Shown: one piece after another, positions 1 to 11,476 of the stretch
Layout: each line of letters opens with the position of its first letter
Position numbering within the stretch: position 1 is the first letter of the stretch
Assembly (NCBI GenBank): GCA_963741205.1
Contig: CAVUHW010000028.1
Coordinates: 49,315-113,314, forward strand
DNA length: 64,000 bases
Source: Nitrospirota bacterium
GTDB taxonomy: Bacteria > Nitrospirota > UBA9217
Direction: 5' to 3'
Program-made: the position numbers and the translations under genes
Notes under the pieces: generated by a model
Database searches by the model: none
What the model saw: only the letters and a program-made list of their open reading frames with translations
Told to the model about the DNA's origin: nothing

Positions 1-401
1 GCCGCGGCCCGTGGTCCCGATCTTCTTGTTGCCCTTGAGCTTCTCGCTCGCGACATCGAGCGCCTTGTGGTACGGCATGATCAGATGGGCGTTCTTGCTG
101 ATCAGGAGGCTGTCGTCGAACTTGATGCCGCGCTTTGGCCATGGCGTCCATTTCTTCGAGGAGCGCGGACGGGATCGATCGACCACGCCGTTTCCGATGA
201 TGCATTTCTTGCCCCTGTGCAGGATGCCCGGAGGGGACCAGGTGCAGGATGAACTCGTCCATGCCCGACCACGACCGTATGACCGGCGTTGTGGCCCCCC
301 TGGTAGCGCGCGACGATATCCGCCCGCTCGGTCAGGAGGTCGATGATCTTTCCCTTGCCTTCATCGCCCCACTGGGCGCCGACAACGACTAAAACTGGCA
401 T
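1..401 (-). CDS. purA: Adenylosuccinate synthetase, 5' part (runs off the window; frameshifted)
   Basis: [23 protein letters not shown]...[11 protein letters not shown] signature; AAGGAG RBS upstream. Confidence 0.95.
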
Positions 402-577
402 TGCAAACTCCTTTATTGGAAATTGCAAATTGGAAATTGACAGATGAACGAATGCTTCATTTCCAATTTCCAATATTGCCTGCACTGCGCTTCCACACCT
501 GCATTCGCGCTATGCTTCATACGCTGGCCGCACTTCGCTGGTGCAGGCAATTCAATTCATTCCGCCAAAGCGGAATG

Positions 578-2162
578 CTATATCTTGATCTGCTTCACCG
601 ACAGCACGTTCGGCAGCTGTCTTGATCTTTGCCATGAGCTCGTCGGACACGACGCTGTCGATGCTTACCACCGACATGGCCAGGCCGCCCTGCTTCTCGC
701 GGCCGAACTGCATGCGCGCGATGTTGATCGCCGTTCTGGCCGAGGAGCATGCCGATGCCGCCGATAACGCCCGGTTTGTCGTTGTTCATGAGCACCAGCA
801 TGTCGCCCTCGGGCACCGTCTCCATGGGGAAATTGTCCACCTGGATGATGCGCGGCTCTTTCTTGCTGTTCAGCGTGCCCGGAAGCGGACACGTCCCTGC
901 CGCCCGCCTTGATCCGGAGCGTGACGAGGCTCGTATACTCGGTAGCCCCGGTGGACTTGGACACCTTGACCTCGATGCCCCGGTCCTTGGCGATGAGCGG
1001 CGCGTTCACGTAGTTCACGTTCTCCTGCAGGGTCGGCGTGAGCAGGCCCTTGAGCGCCGCGAGCGTGATCGGCTCCTGTTTGAGGTTCGCCACCTCCCCG
1101 CTGTACTCCACGGTCACCTGGGTGAGGCCGCCCTCGGAGAGCTGGGCGATGAACAGGCCCATGCGCTCCGCAAGGTTGATGTAGGGAGAGAGCGTCGGGA
1201 GCTGGTCCGCGGGCACCGACGGCACGTTCACGGCGTTCCGCACGGTCCCGGCGACGAGGTAATCCACGATCTGCTCGGCCACGGCAACGGCCACGTTCTC
1301 CTGGGCCTCCCGGGTGGAAGCGCCGAGATGCGGCGTGGCGATAAAGTTGTCGAGGGTCAGGAGCGGATGGTTCTCCGGCGGCTCCTTCTCGAACACGTCG
1401 AAGGCCGCTGCCGCGACCTTGCCGCTCTTCAAGCGCCTCGTAAGAGATCCTGCTCGTTCACGATGCCGCCGCGGGCGCAGTTGATGATGCGCACGCCGTC
1501 CTTCATCTGGGCGATCGTGTCCTTGTTGATCAGGTTCGCCGTTTCCTTGGTCTTGGGCGTATGGATCGTGATGAAGTCGGACCGCTTGTAGAGCGTCGGC
1601 AGGTCCGCGAGCTCGATGCCGAGGCGACTTCGCCTTTTCCGCGGAGATGAACGGGATCATAGGCCAGGACCTTCATGCCGAGCCCGATGGCCCGGTTCGC
1701 GACCACGCCGCCGATCGCGCCCAGCCCGACGATCCCCAGGGTCTTGTCGTAGAGCTCGACGCCCTCGAACTTCTTCTTTTCCCACTTGCCCGCCTTGAGC
1801 GAGGCGTAGGACTGGGGGATCATCCGGGCGCAGGCGAAGATCATGCCGATGGTGTGCTCCGCCGTGGTGACCGTGTTGCCGCCGGGCGTGTTCATCACCA
1901 CAACGCCCTTCTTGGTGGCCGCCGGGATGTCCACGTTGTCCAGGCCGCTGCCCGCGCGGCCCACGACCTTGAGCTTCGCCGCCTTCTCGAGCAGCCCCGC
2001 CGTGACCTTGGTGGCCGAGCGGATGATCAGCGCGTCGTAGTCGCCGATGATCTTCTCGATCTCCTCGACCGAGGTCTTGCTCCGGGCGTCCACCTCGAGC
2101 CCGGCCTTTTTCAAGATCTCCACCCCGACGGGGGAGAGGTTGTCGCTGATGAGAACCTTCAT
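578..2162 (-). CDS. serA: D-3-phosphoglycerate dehydrogenase with ASB/ACT domains (frameshifted)
   Basis: MKVLISDNL..., RAGSGLDNVD, GLGAIG, TPHLGAST, NNDKPGVIG; pieces in ORFs 1530..2210, 665..1660 and 595..840. Confidence 0.93.
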
Positions 2163-2183
2163 GATACCTCCTAAATGCAGATG

Positions 2184-2265
2184 TAACCACAGATGAACAC
2201 GGATGGACACAAAATTAAATCCTTAATTCAGCTTTAAATAGCTTTACCGTGTTCATCTGTGGTTA
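2184..2265. repeat. Intergenic inverted repeat with 9-nt periodic arms
   Basis: TAACCACAGATGAACACGG / CCGTGTTCATCTGTGGTTA, a perfect 19-bp IR. Confidence 0.85.
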
Positions 2266-2270
2266 ATAAT

Positions 2271-3410
2271 TTATTTCATCAATATTTCCTGCGCCGCGCC
2301 GACGCCCGTACCGAGCTTCACCGGATGGCCCAGGCCCTTCAGGACCATCTCGATGCCGGCAATGGCCGTGATCACGTCGAAGGTATCGGCATAGCCCAGG
2401 TGCGCGATGCGGAAGATCTTGCCCTTGAGCTTGTCCTGGCCTCCGGCGCCGGTGATGCCGTACTTCACGCGAAGGTCCTTATAGATCGCCTGGCCGTCAA
2501 CGCCCGCGGGCGCTTCAATGGCCGTGAGCGCATTGCTCGGAGCTTTCCTTCGGGAAGAGCTTGAGGCCGAGGGCCGCGGCCCCCGCGCGGGTCGCCCGGG
2601 CGAGACGGTCGTGGCGGCGCAAACACCTTCTCGAGCCCTTCATCCTGGAGCATCTTGATGCAGGAGTTGAGCCCGATGATGAGCGTCACCGCCGAGGTGA
2701 AATTCGTCTGGTTCTTGGCCAGGTTCTCGCGCTCTTTCTTGAAATTGAAATAGAACTTCGGCGTCTTGGCCGTATCGGCCATCTTCCATGCCTTGTCGGA
2801 GACGGACACGAAGGCGAGCCCCGGGCGGAAGCATCACGCCCTTCTGCGAGCCGCCGATCATGACGTCGATGCCCCACTCGTCGGTCCTGATGTCGTGCGC
2901 CACGAGGGCCGAGATCGCATCGACGACAAAGAGCGCGTCGGTCTTCTTGACGACCGCCGCGACGGACTTGACGTCATGGTACACGCCGGTGGACGTCTCG
3001 TTCGCCTGGATGAAGACGGCCTTGATCTTCGGGTTCTTCTTGAGCGCGGCCTCGACCTGCTCGGCCTTCACCGCATGGCCCCACTCCACGATGAGCTCTT
3101 CGACCTTCATGCCGTAGGCCTGGCAGATCTTGGTCCAGCGTTCGCCGAACTTACCGCCGTTGACGACCAGCACGTCGTCGCCGGGGCTCAGGAAGTTGGT
3201 CACCGAGCCGACCATGCCGCCGGTGCCGGTGGAGCAGAGGATGAGCACGTCGTTCTTGGTCTGGTAGAGCCACTGAAGGCCCTTTTTTGCGGAATCGAGC
3301 ACCGGAAGGAAATCCGGCGCCCGGTGGTGGATGATCGGCATGGCCATGGCCAGAAGCGCCTCAGGGGGCACCGGGGTCGGGCCAGGGGCCAGAAGATATT
3401 TTTTCTGCAT
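2271..3410 (-). CDS. Class V PLP aminotransferase (alanine-glyoxylate/serine-pyruvate type; probable SerC function next to serA), frameshifted
   Basis: LLAPGPTPVP, NETSTGV, VDAISAL, GGSQKG (PLP lysine), GGQDKLKGKIFRIAHLG. Confidence 0.88.
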
Positions 3411-3715
3411 GGGTATATCCTCCATTAATAAGGGTAAGCGAAAACGCCTGTCAGGTTGTTTATCTGGTACAGCGCTGATATACGTAATCGTATTATGCTG
3501 AAGAAGATTATAGTCCCGCCGGGGCGGGACCTATGCCCGGGGTTGGCGTGTCGCTGGGATATTGTGGGTGTCTGTGCTGTTTCAAGAGGTGCTGCCTTTC
3601 TTTAGCTTATTCAGGCCAAAAACCATGTGACAGTAGCATAAGCCGATGAAAATTGTCAAGAAAATAGTTCCCCGGAACAGCAAGCTGCTCCAGGGCATCA
3701 TGAAGCGAAATAATC

Positions 3716-4111
3716 CTACTTTTGCATGATGTCCATAATCAGGCTTAATGAAACCACGGGGTTCGTGCGGTCATTGGAATACACGCTGACGTGCTTTTCG
3801 AGAGGACCGTTCTTCCCGGTCGTATCAACACTCGCCTTGATCTGCCCGACGGCCCCCGGATCCAGGTGATCCGAACTGATCACCGCGGCGGTGCACCCTC
3901 AGGAGGTCTGGACCCGCTCTATGATCAGCGGTTCCGTGCCCGCATTGCGCACCTCGAAAACATGGGTGGCCTGCGTCCCCTGAACGACTTTGCCGAAATC
4001 ATACTTCCATTCCTTGATCTCGATCTTCGGTGCCTTGGCCTCCTGGGCCGCAATCAGGCCGGCGTAAAGGAAGAAGGCCATGAGAATGCTTAACCATGCC
4101 ATCCTTTTCAT
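3716..4111 (-). CDS. Exported DUF1573-like Ig-fold protein, 131 aa, with in-frame TGA at 3899-3901 (candidate selenocysteine, S-U-G-C)
   Basis: Signal peptide, YDFGKV...HVFEVRNAGTEPLIIERVQTS-TGA-GCTAAVISSDHLDPGAVGQIKASVDTTGKNGPLEKHVSVYSNDRTNPVVSL; the frame continues to TAG at 3716-3718. Confidence 0.8.
3865..3884 (-). promoter_or_regulatory. Candidate bacterial SECIS hairpin
   Basis: GGTGATC-AGTTCG-GATCACC, a perfect 7-bp stem starting 14 nt after the in-frame UGA, with G at loop position 2. Confidence 0.65.
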
Positions 4112-4165
4112 ACGTCAGCTTCCTCTCTGCGAAGATGTTTCACATCCTTCATTTATTCCGCATCC

Positions 4166-4873
4166 TCAAAATCCTATTTTTTTCTGATAGATCATGCTGA
4201 CGAGTTCATCGCGGGAAATAATCCCTTTTTCCACGAGCAGGCTGGTGATTGCGTCGATCCGGACCCTGCAGTCCTGCAGCGCCTGCTGTGCGGTCTCTTC
4301 CTTGGACAGGATTGGCGACTTCGCATCGTTCGTCTCCGATTTCGGCATGCTGAGGTCGCTTCCGCGGATAATTTCCATTTTCCCCTCCGAGGCATGTTCT
4401 CTCTGGTAAAAAGGGTTTAGTGTTTGTTTCCGGACGATTTTCTCGTGGTCGTAGTATGTCCTGATGGCGTCCAGGATCTCGGATTCCATGGCCAAAGTCG
4501 GTTTGATGTTCAGTCCTGTAATGAAGCGGATCTCGTCGATCGCTTTGATGTCAAGAGGATCCGACATGGCTAGCATGAGCATCCCCTTCTCCCGCCGGGC
4601 CGGAACCACGTGATATTTCCTGGCAACCTCGGCTTTGACGAGCTTAATAACGCCTTCGTGGATTTCCGGTTCGAACAGATTGATGTAGGGGGTCTTAAGT
4701 TTTTCGGCAATGACGCGGGCGATGTCCTCCTCCTGCACAAATTCCAGTTCTATCAGGATGGAGCCCAGTTTGCCTCCCCAGTTCCGCTGATGAGAAAGAG
4801 CCGCAGAGAGTTGAAATTCATCGATGAGACCAGCTTCTTTCAGCAATTCGCCGAGTTTCCTGGCCTCTGGCAT
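4166..4873 (-). CDS. Stand-alone GspE/PilB N-terminal (MshEN-like) domain protein without ATPase
   Basis: KLGELLKEAGLIDEFQLSAALSHQ...KLGSILIELEFV, LAMSDPLD; no Walker A motif. Confidence 0.8.
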   Translation of the reverse strand: MPEARKLGELLKEAGLIDEFQLSAALSHQRNWGGKLGSILIELEFVQEEDIARVIAEKLKTPYINLFEPEIHEGVIKLVKAEVARKYHVVPARREKGMLMLAMSDPLDIKAIDEIRFITGLNIKPTLAMESEILDAIRTYYDHEKIVRKQTLNPFYQREHASEGKMEIIRGSDLSMPKSETNDAKSPILSKEETAQQALQDCRVRIDAITSLLVEKGIISRDELVSMIYQKKIGF

Positions 4874-5045
4874 GGGTCCGGACCTCCACCAAAAATCGCG
4901 TTCTCGAGCTGATTGTCGGTAATTATATGCTTCGGGAGCGCCGGATGTCAATAAGTATTGGAGGAAAAGAGTAATGGGGGGAGCGTTCCCCTGAAAAAAA
5001 TCCGTTGCCGCCATCGAGCTTCGCCACGGTCAATGCCGGATTCGG

Positions 5046-5579
5046 TTAATCACCTTCAAACTCCGTAAGGGTGAAGACCTTGTAGCCCTTTTCCAGAAGC
5101 TTCTTTTTCCCGCCGATGTCCGGCAGATCCACGACAAAGGCCAACTCCACGACGACCGCGCCGAGCTTTTCGACAAGCGCCGCCGCGGCCAAGGCCGTCC
5201 CGCCCGTTGCCAGGAGGTCGTCCACAAGGAGGACCCTCTCGCCTTTTTTCAGGGCGTCCCGGTGAATCTCGATCTTGTCGGTTCCGTACTCGAGGCAATA
5301 CTCCTGCGACACGACCTCCGCGGGGAGCTTGCCTTTCTTGCGGATGGGGATGAAGCCTTTGCCGAGGGTATATGCCAGCGCCGATCCGATGATGAACCCC
5401 CTCGACTCGATGCCGACGACCGTATCGAAATCAAAGTCCGCATGGGCATACCGCTGCGTCAGCGTGTCGATGACCAGCCTGAACCCGACGGGGTCCTTGA
5501 TGAGCGTGGTTATGTCGCGGAACATGATACCCTTCTTGGGATAATTCGGCACCGTCCTGATCTTTGATTTTATCGGCAT
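5046..5579 (-). CDS. apt: Adenine phosphoribosyltransferase
   Basis: PKKGIMFRDITTL, GIESRGF, RKKGKLP, VDDLLATGGT. Confidence 0.97.
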   Translation of the reverse strand: MPIKSKIRTVPNYPKKGIMFRDITTLIKDPVGFRLVIDTLTQRYAHADFDFDTVVGIESRGFIIGSALAYTLGKGFIPIRKKGKLPAEVVSQEYCLEYGTDKIEIHRDALKKGERVLLVDDLLATGGTALAAAALVEKLGAVVVELAFVVDLPDIGGKKKLLEKGYKVFTLTEFEGD

Positions 5580-6174
5580 GATTTCCTTTCTCCTTCAGCA
5601 GACTCGCCCTCTTCGTCACCGCCGTCGCCATACTGGTCCACACCGATACGGTAAAGGTCTTCCCCGTGCACATCATTCACGACGATCGCGGGAAAATCCT
5701 CGACTTCAAGCCGCATGACAGCCTCGGTCCCGAGTTCCGGATAGGCGACGATCTCGGCCTTCTTGATCGTCTTCGAGATGAGCGCTCCGGCCCCACCGAT
5801 GGCTGCGAAATAGACGGCCTTGTATTTAACGATCGCGTCCTTCACGGACTGCCCGCGCGGCCCCTTGCCGATCATTCCCTTGAGGCCGAGTTCAAGCAAG
5901 GCGGGCGTGTACTTGTCCATGCGGTAGCTTGTCGTCGGACCCGCGGAACCGATCGCCCTTCCCGGCGACGCGGGCGTCGGCCCCGTGTAGTAGAGGATCT
6001 GCCCTTCAAGTCGAACGGCGGCTTCTCGCCCTTCTGGCGCCCCTCGACGAGTTGTTTGTGGGCCATGTCCCGGCCCGTGAATATGGTCCCGGTAATGACG
6101 ACCCGATCGCCGGCCCTGAGCTTCATAACAACGTCGTCGGTCAAGGGAGGGGTGAGTTTAATGGGATCAGCCAT
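5570..6174 (-). CDS. Class I fumarate hydratase / tartrate dehydratase beta subunit (frameshifted)
   Basis: ITGTIFTGRDMAHK, MDKYTP, GMIGKG, ELGTEAV, VNDVHGEDLY. Confidence 0.88.
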
Positions 6175-6300
6175 GGTCACATGACCTCGTCATCTCACGA
6201 AAGTCATCCAGCGAAGGCATCCTAAGACAATTCTCAATTCGAATAAATTTTATTCCGTGTCAAGTTCGAATGACGAATACGAGGAAATTCCGAAATTTCT

Positions 6301-7140
6301 TTACAAAATGATCGTCTTGTGCCTTGCGGCGTGGCAGTTGATGTTCACGGCCACGGGCAGGCTCGCGATGTGGCAGGGAAAGCTTTCCACGTGCACGGCC
6401 ATGGCCGTCACTTTCCCCCCCAGGCCTTCAGGGCCGATGCCCGTCTTGTTTACGGCCTTGAGCAGCATTTCCTCGATTGCGGCGAGCTCCAGCCTGGCGT
6501 TCGGGCTGCCGACTGGCCGGAGGAGCGCCTTTTTCGCGATGAGCGCCGCCTTCTCGAAATCGCCGCCGATGCCGACGCCGATCACCACCGGAGGACAGGG
6601 GTTTGCACCCGCTTTTCGCACGCATTCGAGGACGAAGTCTTTGATCCCCTCCACGCCCTCCGTCGGCCGCAGCATGCGGATCACGCTCATGTTTTCGCTC
6701 CCCGCGCCCTTGGCCATGAACGAGATCTTCAGCTTGTCGCCCGGCACCAGCTCGGTATAAATGATGGCCGGCGTATTGTCGCCGGTGTTTTTGCGCGTCA
6801 GCGGGTCGACGACGGACTTTCTGAGATAGCCCTCTTTATATCCCTTGCGAACGCCTTCGTTGATGGCGTCCACGATAAATCCGTTCTTGATCCTCAGGTC
6901 CTGACCGATCTCGACGAAAAAAATGGCGATACCCGTGTCCTGGCAGACGGGAATGTGCTCTTCGCGGGCGATGCGCGCGTTTTCCTTGAGGAGCTCGATG
7001 ATCTCCCTGGCCGCGGGCGCCGTCTCCGTTTCGGTCGCCCGGTCGAACGCCGTCAGAACGTCGTCGCTCACGTTGTATGCCGCATCGATGCAGATCTGCG
7101 CGACGTGGTCGATGATCGCGCTTACATGAATTTCGCGCAT
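6301..7140 (-). CDS. Class I fumarate hydratase alpha subunit
   Basis: [51 protein letters not shown]. Confidence 0.92.
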   Translation of the reverse strand: MREIHVSAIIDHVAQICIDAAYNVSDDVLTAFDRATETETAPAAREIIELLKENARIAREEHIPVCQDTGIAIFFVEIGQDLRIKNGFIVDAINEGVRKGYKEGYLRKSVVDPLTRKNTGDNTPAIIYTELVPGDKLKISFMAKGAGSENMSVIRMLRPTEGVEGIKDFVLECVRKAGANPCPPVVIGVGIGGDFEKAALIAKKALLRPVGSPNARLELAAIEEMLLKAVNKTGIGPEGLGGKVTAMAVHVESFPCHIASLPVAVNINCHAARHKTIIL

Positions 7141-8045
7141 CCTGATCTCACCGCCTCAATGGACTTCATGAAAGCCGCCTTTTCTGCGGCGGTCAGGTTG
7201 ATCTCGATCACCTGTTCCATGCCTTTCTCGCCGAGTTTCACCGGCACTCCGGCGAACACGTCCCTTACGCCGTACTCTCCTGCGAGCCAGGCGGAACAGG
7301 GAAGGATCTTCTTTTTGTCCAGGAGCACCGCTTCCACCATCTCGAGCGTGGCCGCCGACGGCGCGTAATAGGCGCTCCCGGTCTTTAAGAGCGCAACGAT
7401 CTCAGCGCCGCCGTTCCGCGTGCGGTCGACAAGCTTGTTGATCCGGTCCTCGCTCATGAGTTCCGTGATCGGGATCCCGGCCACGGTCGAGTAACGCGGC
7501 AGCGGCACCATCGTGTCGCCGTGCCCGCCCAGGACGAAGGCATGGGTGTTCTCCACGGACACCCCGAGTTCCCCGGCTATGAACGTCCTGAACCTCGCCG
7601 AATCGAGGACACCGCCCATTCCGATCACGCGCTCGCGAGGGAAACCTGCGGCCTTCATCGCCACGAATGCCATCACGTCCATGGGGTTCGTGACGACGAT
7701 CATGACGGCCTTCGGGGACCGCCTGCCCGTCTCCGCGGCGACCTTCTTCACGATATCTCCGTTCGCTGCCAGGAGATCGTCGCGGCTCATGCCCGGCTTT
7801 CTCGCCAGGCCGGCCGTGATCACGATGACATCGGACCCGGCCGTTTCCTCATAGTCGTTTGAACCCGTGATCGTTGCGTCGTAGCCGAGTACGGGCCCTG
7901 CTTCCATGAGATCGAGCCCCTTGCCCTGCGGCACGCCCTCAACCACGTCGACGAGAACGACATCCGCGAGCCGGGCCTCGGCGATCCGTTGCGCGAGCGT
8001 CGCCCCTACATTGCCCGCGCCCACAACCGTAACTTTCTTTCTCAC
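7122..8045 (-). CDS. mdh: Malate dehydrogenase (LDH-like type)
   Basis: [39 protein letters not shown]; GTG start after GGAGG. Confidence 0.95.
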   Translation of the reverse strand: MRKKVTVVGAGNVGATLAQRIAEARLADVVLVDVVEGVPQGKGLDLMEAGPVLGYDATITGSNDYEETAGSDVIVITAGLARKPGMSRDDLLAANGDIVKKVAAETGRRSPKAVMIVVTNPMDVMAFVAMKAAGFPRERVIGMGGVLDSARFRTFIAGELGVSVENTHAFVLGGHGDTMVPLPRYSTVAGIPITELMSEDRINKLVDRTRNGGAEIVALLKTGSAYYAPSAATLEMVEAVLLDKKKILPCSAWLAGEYGVRDVFAGVPVKLGEKGMEQVIEINLTAAEKAAFMKSIEAVRSGCAKFM

Positions 8046-8065
8046 TCCAACACCTCCAAAGAATG

Positions 8066-8137
8066 GCATAGCGCAGAGCGCATAGAGCATGGCGTTTAAA
8101 TCTTTTTCGCTTTGCGCTATGCGCCATGCGCTTTGCG
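8066..8137. repeat. Intergenic inverted repeat with 7-nt periodic arms (related copy at ~36061-36134)
   Basis: GCGCAGA-GCGCATA-GAGCATG versus CGCTTTG-CGCTATG-CGCCATG-CGCTTTG. Confidence 0.8.
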
Positions 8138-8153
8138 ATTTCAGCATTGCGCA

Positions 8154-9432
8154 TTACAGCTTCGTGATTTTTACTTTGGTGATCTTTCTCCCCTCGAGTT
8201 CCAGGACCTCGAGCTTAAGGTTCCGGTACCTGAGTTGCTCGCCCACCTTCGGCATTCTTCCGAAAAGACCGAACACGAAACCGCCGAGCGTATTGAACTC
8301 CGTGGACTGGAGGTTTGTGTCGAGTAGCTCGTTAACCTCATCGAGCGCCGATTGGCCCGAGACCACGAAGTTCTTCTCGTCGACGATCTGGACGTCCTTC
8401 TCCTCGGCTTCGAGTTCGTCGTGGATGCTGCCGACGATCTCCTCAATCAGGTCTTCCAGCGTCACGAGGCCGGCCGTGCCGCCGTATTCGTCGATGACGA
8501 TGGCGAGTTGAAAGCGCTCACGCTGCATCTCCGAGAGGAGTTCGCTCACGCGCTTGTTCTCCGGGATGAAGTACGCCGGCCTGATGAATTGCCGGATGCC
8601 GTCTTCCCGCTTCACCTCGCCCGACCGCCATGGCGACCAGGATGTCCTTGATATACAGCGTGCCGATGACCGTGTCCACCGTGTCCTCGATCACGGGATA
8701 TCGGGAAAACCCGTGCTCCGACACGAGGGCGAACACTTCCTGAAGGGTAACATTCGACGGAACGCTCACGATTTCGGTCCGCGGCCGCATCGCCTGAGAA
8801 GCCAGCGTGTCGCCGAATTCGAAGACCTTGTGCAGCAGCTCCTTCTCCTCTTCCTTGAGCGAGCCCCGCTCCTCGCCGAGATTGATCATGGCCTTGATAT
8901 CCTCTTCCGTGACCGCCGCCGAGCAGGACACTCCCTGCGGTCCCGGACCGGCGAGCACATCGGCCGTACGGACCAGAAAACGCGCCGCGGGCGACAGGAG
9001 CGCGACCGCGGCCCGCAGCGACGGCGCCGCGGCGAGCGCAAAACCGTCGGGATTCCTGCAGGCGAGTCCCTTGGGCACAAGTTTGGCGATGAACACGACG
9101 ATTGCGCTCATGGCCGTTACGGTAACCAGCGCCGCTACGGAGACATAGGCAAAGGCATGTATCGCGACAACCGTGCCGATCACCGCTGACAGCACGATGA
9201 AGAAGTTCTCGGCCAGCAGGAGGGTCGCATGGAGGCCGTCCCGCTCCTGCACCAGCTCTAGTGCCACCGCCGCCCGGCGGTTCCCGGTTTCAGCCAGCTG
9301 CTGCAGGTGCGCCTTGTTGGACAAGACGAGGGCCGTCTCCGCGGCCGCGCTCAAGGCCGCGATGAGAACGCTCATCCCCGCCGCCCCCATCAGCAGCCAG
9401 TTATCGGATATGAATGTGAGGAAGGTGTCCAT
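8154..9432 (-). CDS. HlyC/CorC (CNNM-CBS-CorC) family transporter (frameshifted)
   Basis: TM segments, MRPRTEIV, HGFSRYPV, IDEYGGTAGLVTLEDLIEEIVG. Confidence 0.9.
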
Positions 9433-9435
9433 GAT

Positions 9436-9539
9436 TTCGATTGCGGATTTCGGATTGCGGAATGCGGAATAAAGGCAAAGAATTGCCGCAGTCGCTACGG
9501 TTTTTCAATCCGCAATCCGCAATTCCGAAATCCGCAATT
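9436..9539. repeat. Intergenic inverted repeat with 7-nt periodic arms (half copy at ~19568-19598)
   Basis: (TTGCGGA)-type units versus (TCCGCAA)-type units. Confidence 0.85.
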
Positions 9540-11336
9540 TCATGTCTTCTCTCCCGTCACCCGGATGACTTCGTCGAACGTGGTCTCGCCTTTCAGCATT
9601 TTTTTCACGGCGGCCTCGCGCAGACCGACCATGCCGTCGGCAACGGCCGTTTTCCGAATGAGTTCGTCATCCGCCTTGTCCCGGATGATGTTCCTGATCT
9701 TCTCGTTCACTTCCAGGACCTCGAAGATGCCGGTGCGTCCCAGGTATCCCGTACCCCGGCACTGGGTGCACCCTTCGCCGAATTTTACCACGATCCTGCA
9801 GTCCCTGCTCGAAGCGAGCCCCACGGCCTGGGCCTCCTCGGGCAGCAGTTCGTATTCCTTCTCGCAGTGTTTGCAGACCTTCCGGACCAGCCGCTGCGCC
9901 ATCACGCCGATGACCGTCGAGGAGATCAGGTACGGAGGCACCCCGAGATCGAGGAGCCTCGTAATCGTGCTCGCCGCATCGTTCGTGTGGAGCGTCGAGA
10001 AGACAAGATGGCCCGTCAAGGCCGCCTGCACCGCGTTCTCCGCCGTCTCGAGGTCGCGGATCTCGCCGACCATGATGATGTCCGGGTCCTGGCGCAGGAT
10101 CGTCCGGAGCGTGCTGCCGAAGGTAATGCCGATCTGGGGCTGGACCCCCACCTGGTTGAACTTGTCGTAGACCATTTCGATGGGGTCCTCGATCGTCACG
10201 ACATTCACCTCGGGTGTGGCAATGGTCTTGAGGGCGGAATACAGCGTCGTGGTCTTCCCGCTGCCCGTCGGACCGGTCACCAGGACGATGCCGTAGGGCC
10301 TCGCAATGAAAGAACGGAACAGCTCGTACTCGCGCGGCTCGAACCCGATCTCCTCGAGGTCCTGGAGCACGATATCAGGGTCGAAGATCCTGATCACCAC
10401 CTTCTCGCCGAAGGCCGTCGGCATGGTGGACACGCGGAGCTCGACCTCCCGCGACTTGTATTCGGTCTTGATCCTGCCGTCCTGGGGCCGCCGCTTCTCG
10501 GCGATGTCCATGCGGGAGAGCATTTTGACGCGGGAGACAAAGGCCGGATGGACGGCCTTGGGTATCCGGTGGATGGTATTCAGCATGCCGTCGATCCTGA
10601 GGCGGACCTCGCTCGCGTCGCGCTTGGGCTCAATGTGGATGTCGCTGGCCCGCTGGTCGAAGGCATAGCGGAACAGGAACTCAACGGCATTAATGACGTG
10701 TTTGTCCGTGGCCTCGATCTCGGACACGGACTTCATCTTGACGAACTGCTCGAGGTTCCCGAGGTCGACATCGGCGGACATCTCTTTTGCCGCCGCGGTC
10801 ACCGAGGAGCGGAAGCCGTAGAATTCAGTGATGATCTTCAGGATATCGGTCTTCGGGGAAACGACGCGGTTTACCTTGTAGCCCATGCACTCGATGTTCT
10901 CGACGACTTCAATATTAAGGGATCCGCAACGGCAAGGGTCAGGCTTTCCTCATTGCGTTCGATGGGTATGGAAATACTGCGCCTGCGCAAAGGCCCGCGA
11001 CAGGATCTGCGTCGTCACCTCGGGATTGAGTTTGAGGGGGTCGATTTTCCTGAACGGCAGGCCGGCGTGGACTGCCACCGCTTCGGTGATGATGTCTTCG
11101 GTCAGGATCTGGCCCGGGGCGCCGGGCATCTCCAGGTTCAACGATGCGGCGACTTCGATGGCAGATACCTCATCCTCGATATGCATCCTGCCGCGGTGCA
11201 GTGTTTCCCCTCTTGCCTTCAAGAGCTTCATCCGCTGAACATCCTGTTTTACTTTGATCTCCTTGGCCTGCGCGGGCGAAAGCTTTCCAGCCTTGATCAG
11301 GATGTCGCAGAGCATGTCGGTCGTCAGTCTTTTCAT
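9540..11336 (-). CDS. GspE/PulE/PilB family secretion ATPase (frameshift near 10900-10970)
   Basis: ASDIHIEP, GPTGSGKTT, LRQDPDIIMVGEIRD, CKHC...CTQC zinc motif. Confidence 0.92.
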
Positions 11337-11417
11337 AAAATATATCTGCACCCCCCGGACAGGGGAAAATCATACGCATTATTATACAACAACCGGCCCG
11401 AACGAAGCGTCAAATAT

Positions 11418-11442
11418 AAAAGGCCCCCGGAGGAGGGGGGCC
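11418..11442 (-). terminator. Intrinsic terminator after the small lipoprotein gene
   Basis: GGCCCCC-N7-GGGGGCC stem with a U-run on the minus strand. Confidence 0.55.
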
Positions 11443-11476
11443 ATCTCGTGTCTGGAAGCCGGGACTGTCAGCGAAA

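Noticed and set aside
3430-3660. Roughly 200-nt leader of the aminotransferase-serA operon with a GTCCCGCC/GGCGGGAC hairpin as a riboswitch
   Set aside because: No recognisable glycine, ZTP or T-box motifs and no clear U-tract.
8046-8147. N-terminal extensions of the mdh, purA, serA, gltB1 and clpB ORFs in the track
   Set aside because: They are translated intergenic repeats; better starts with RBS lie downstream.
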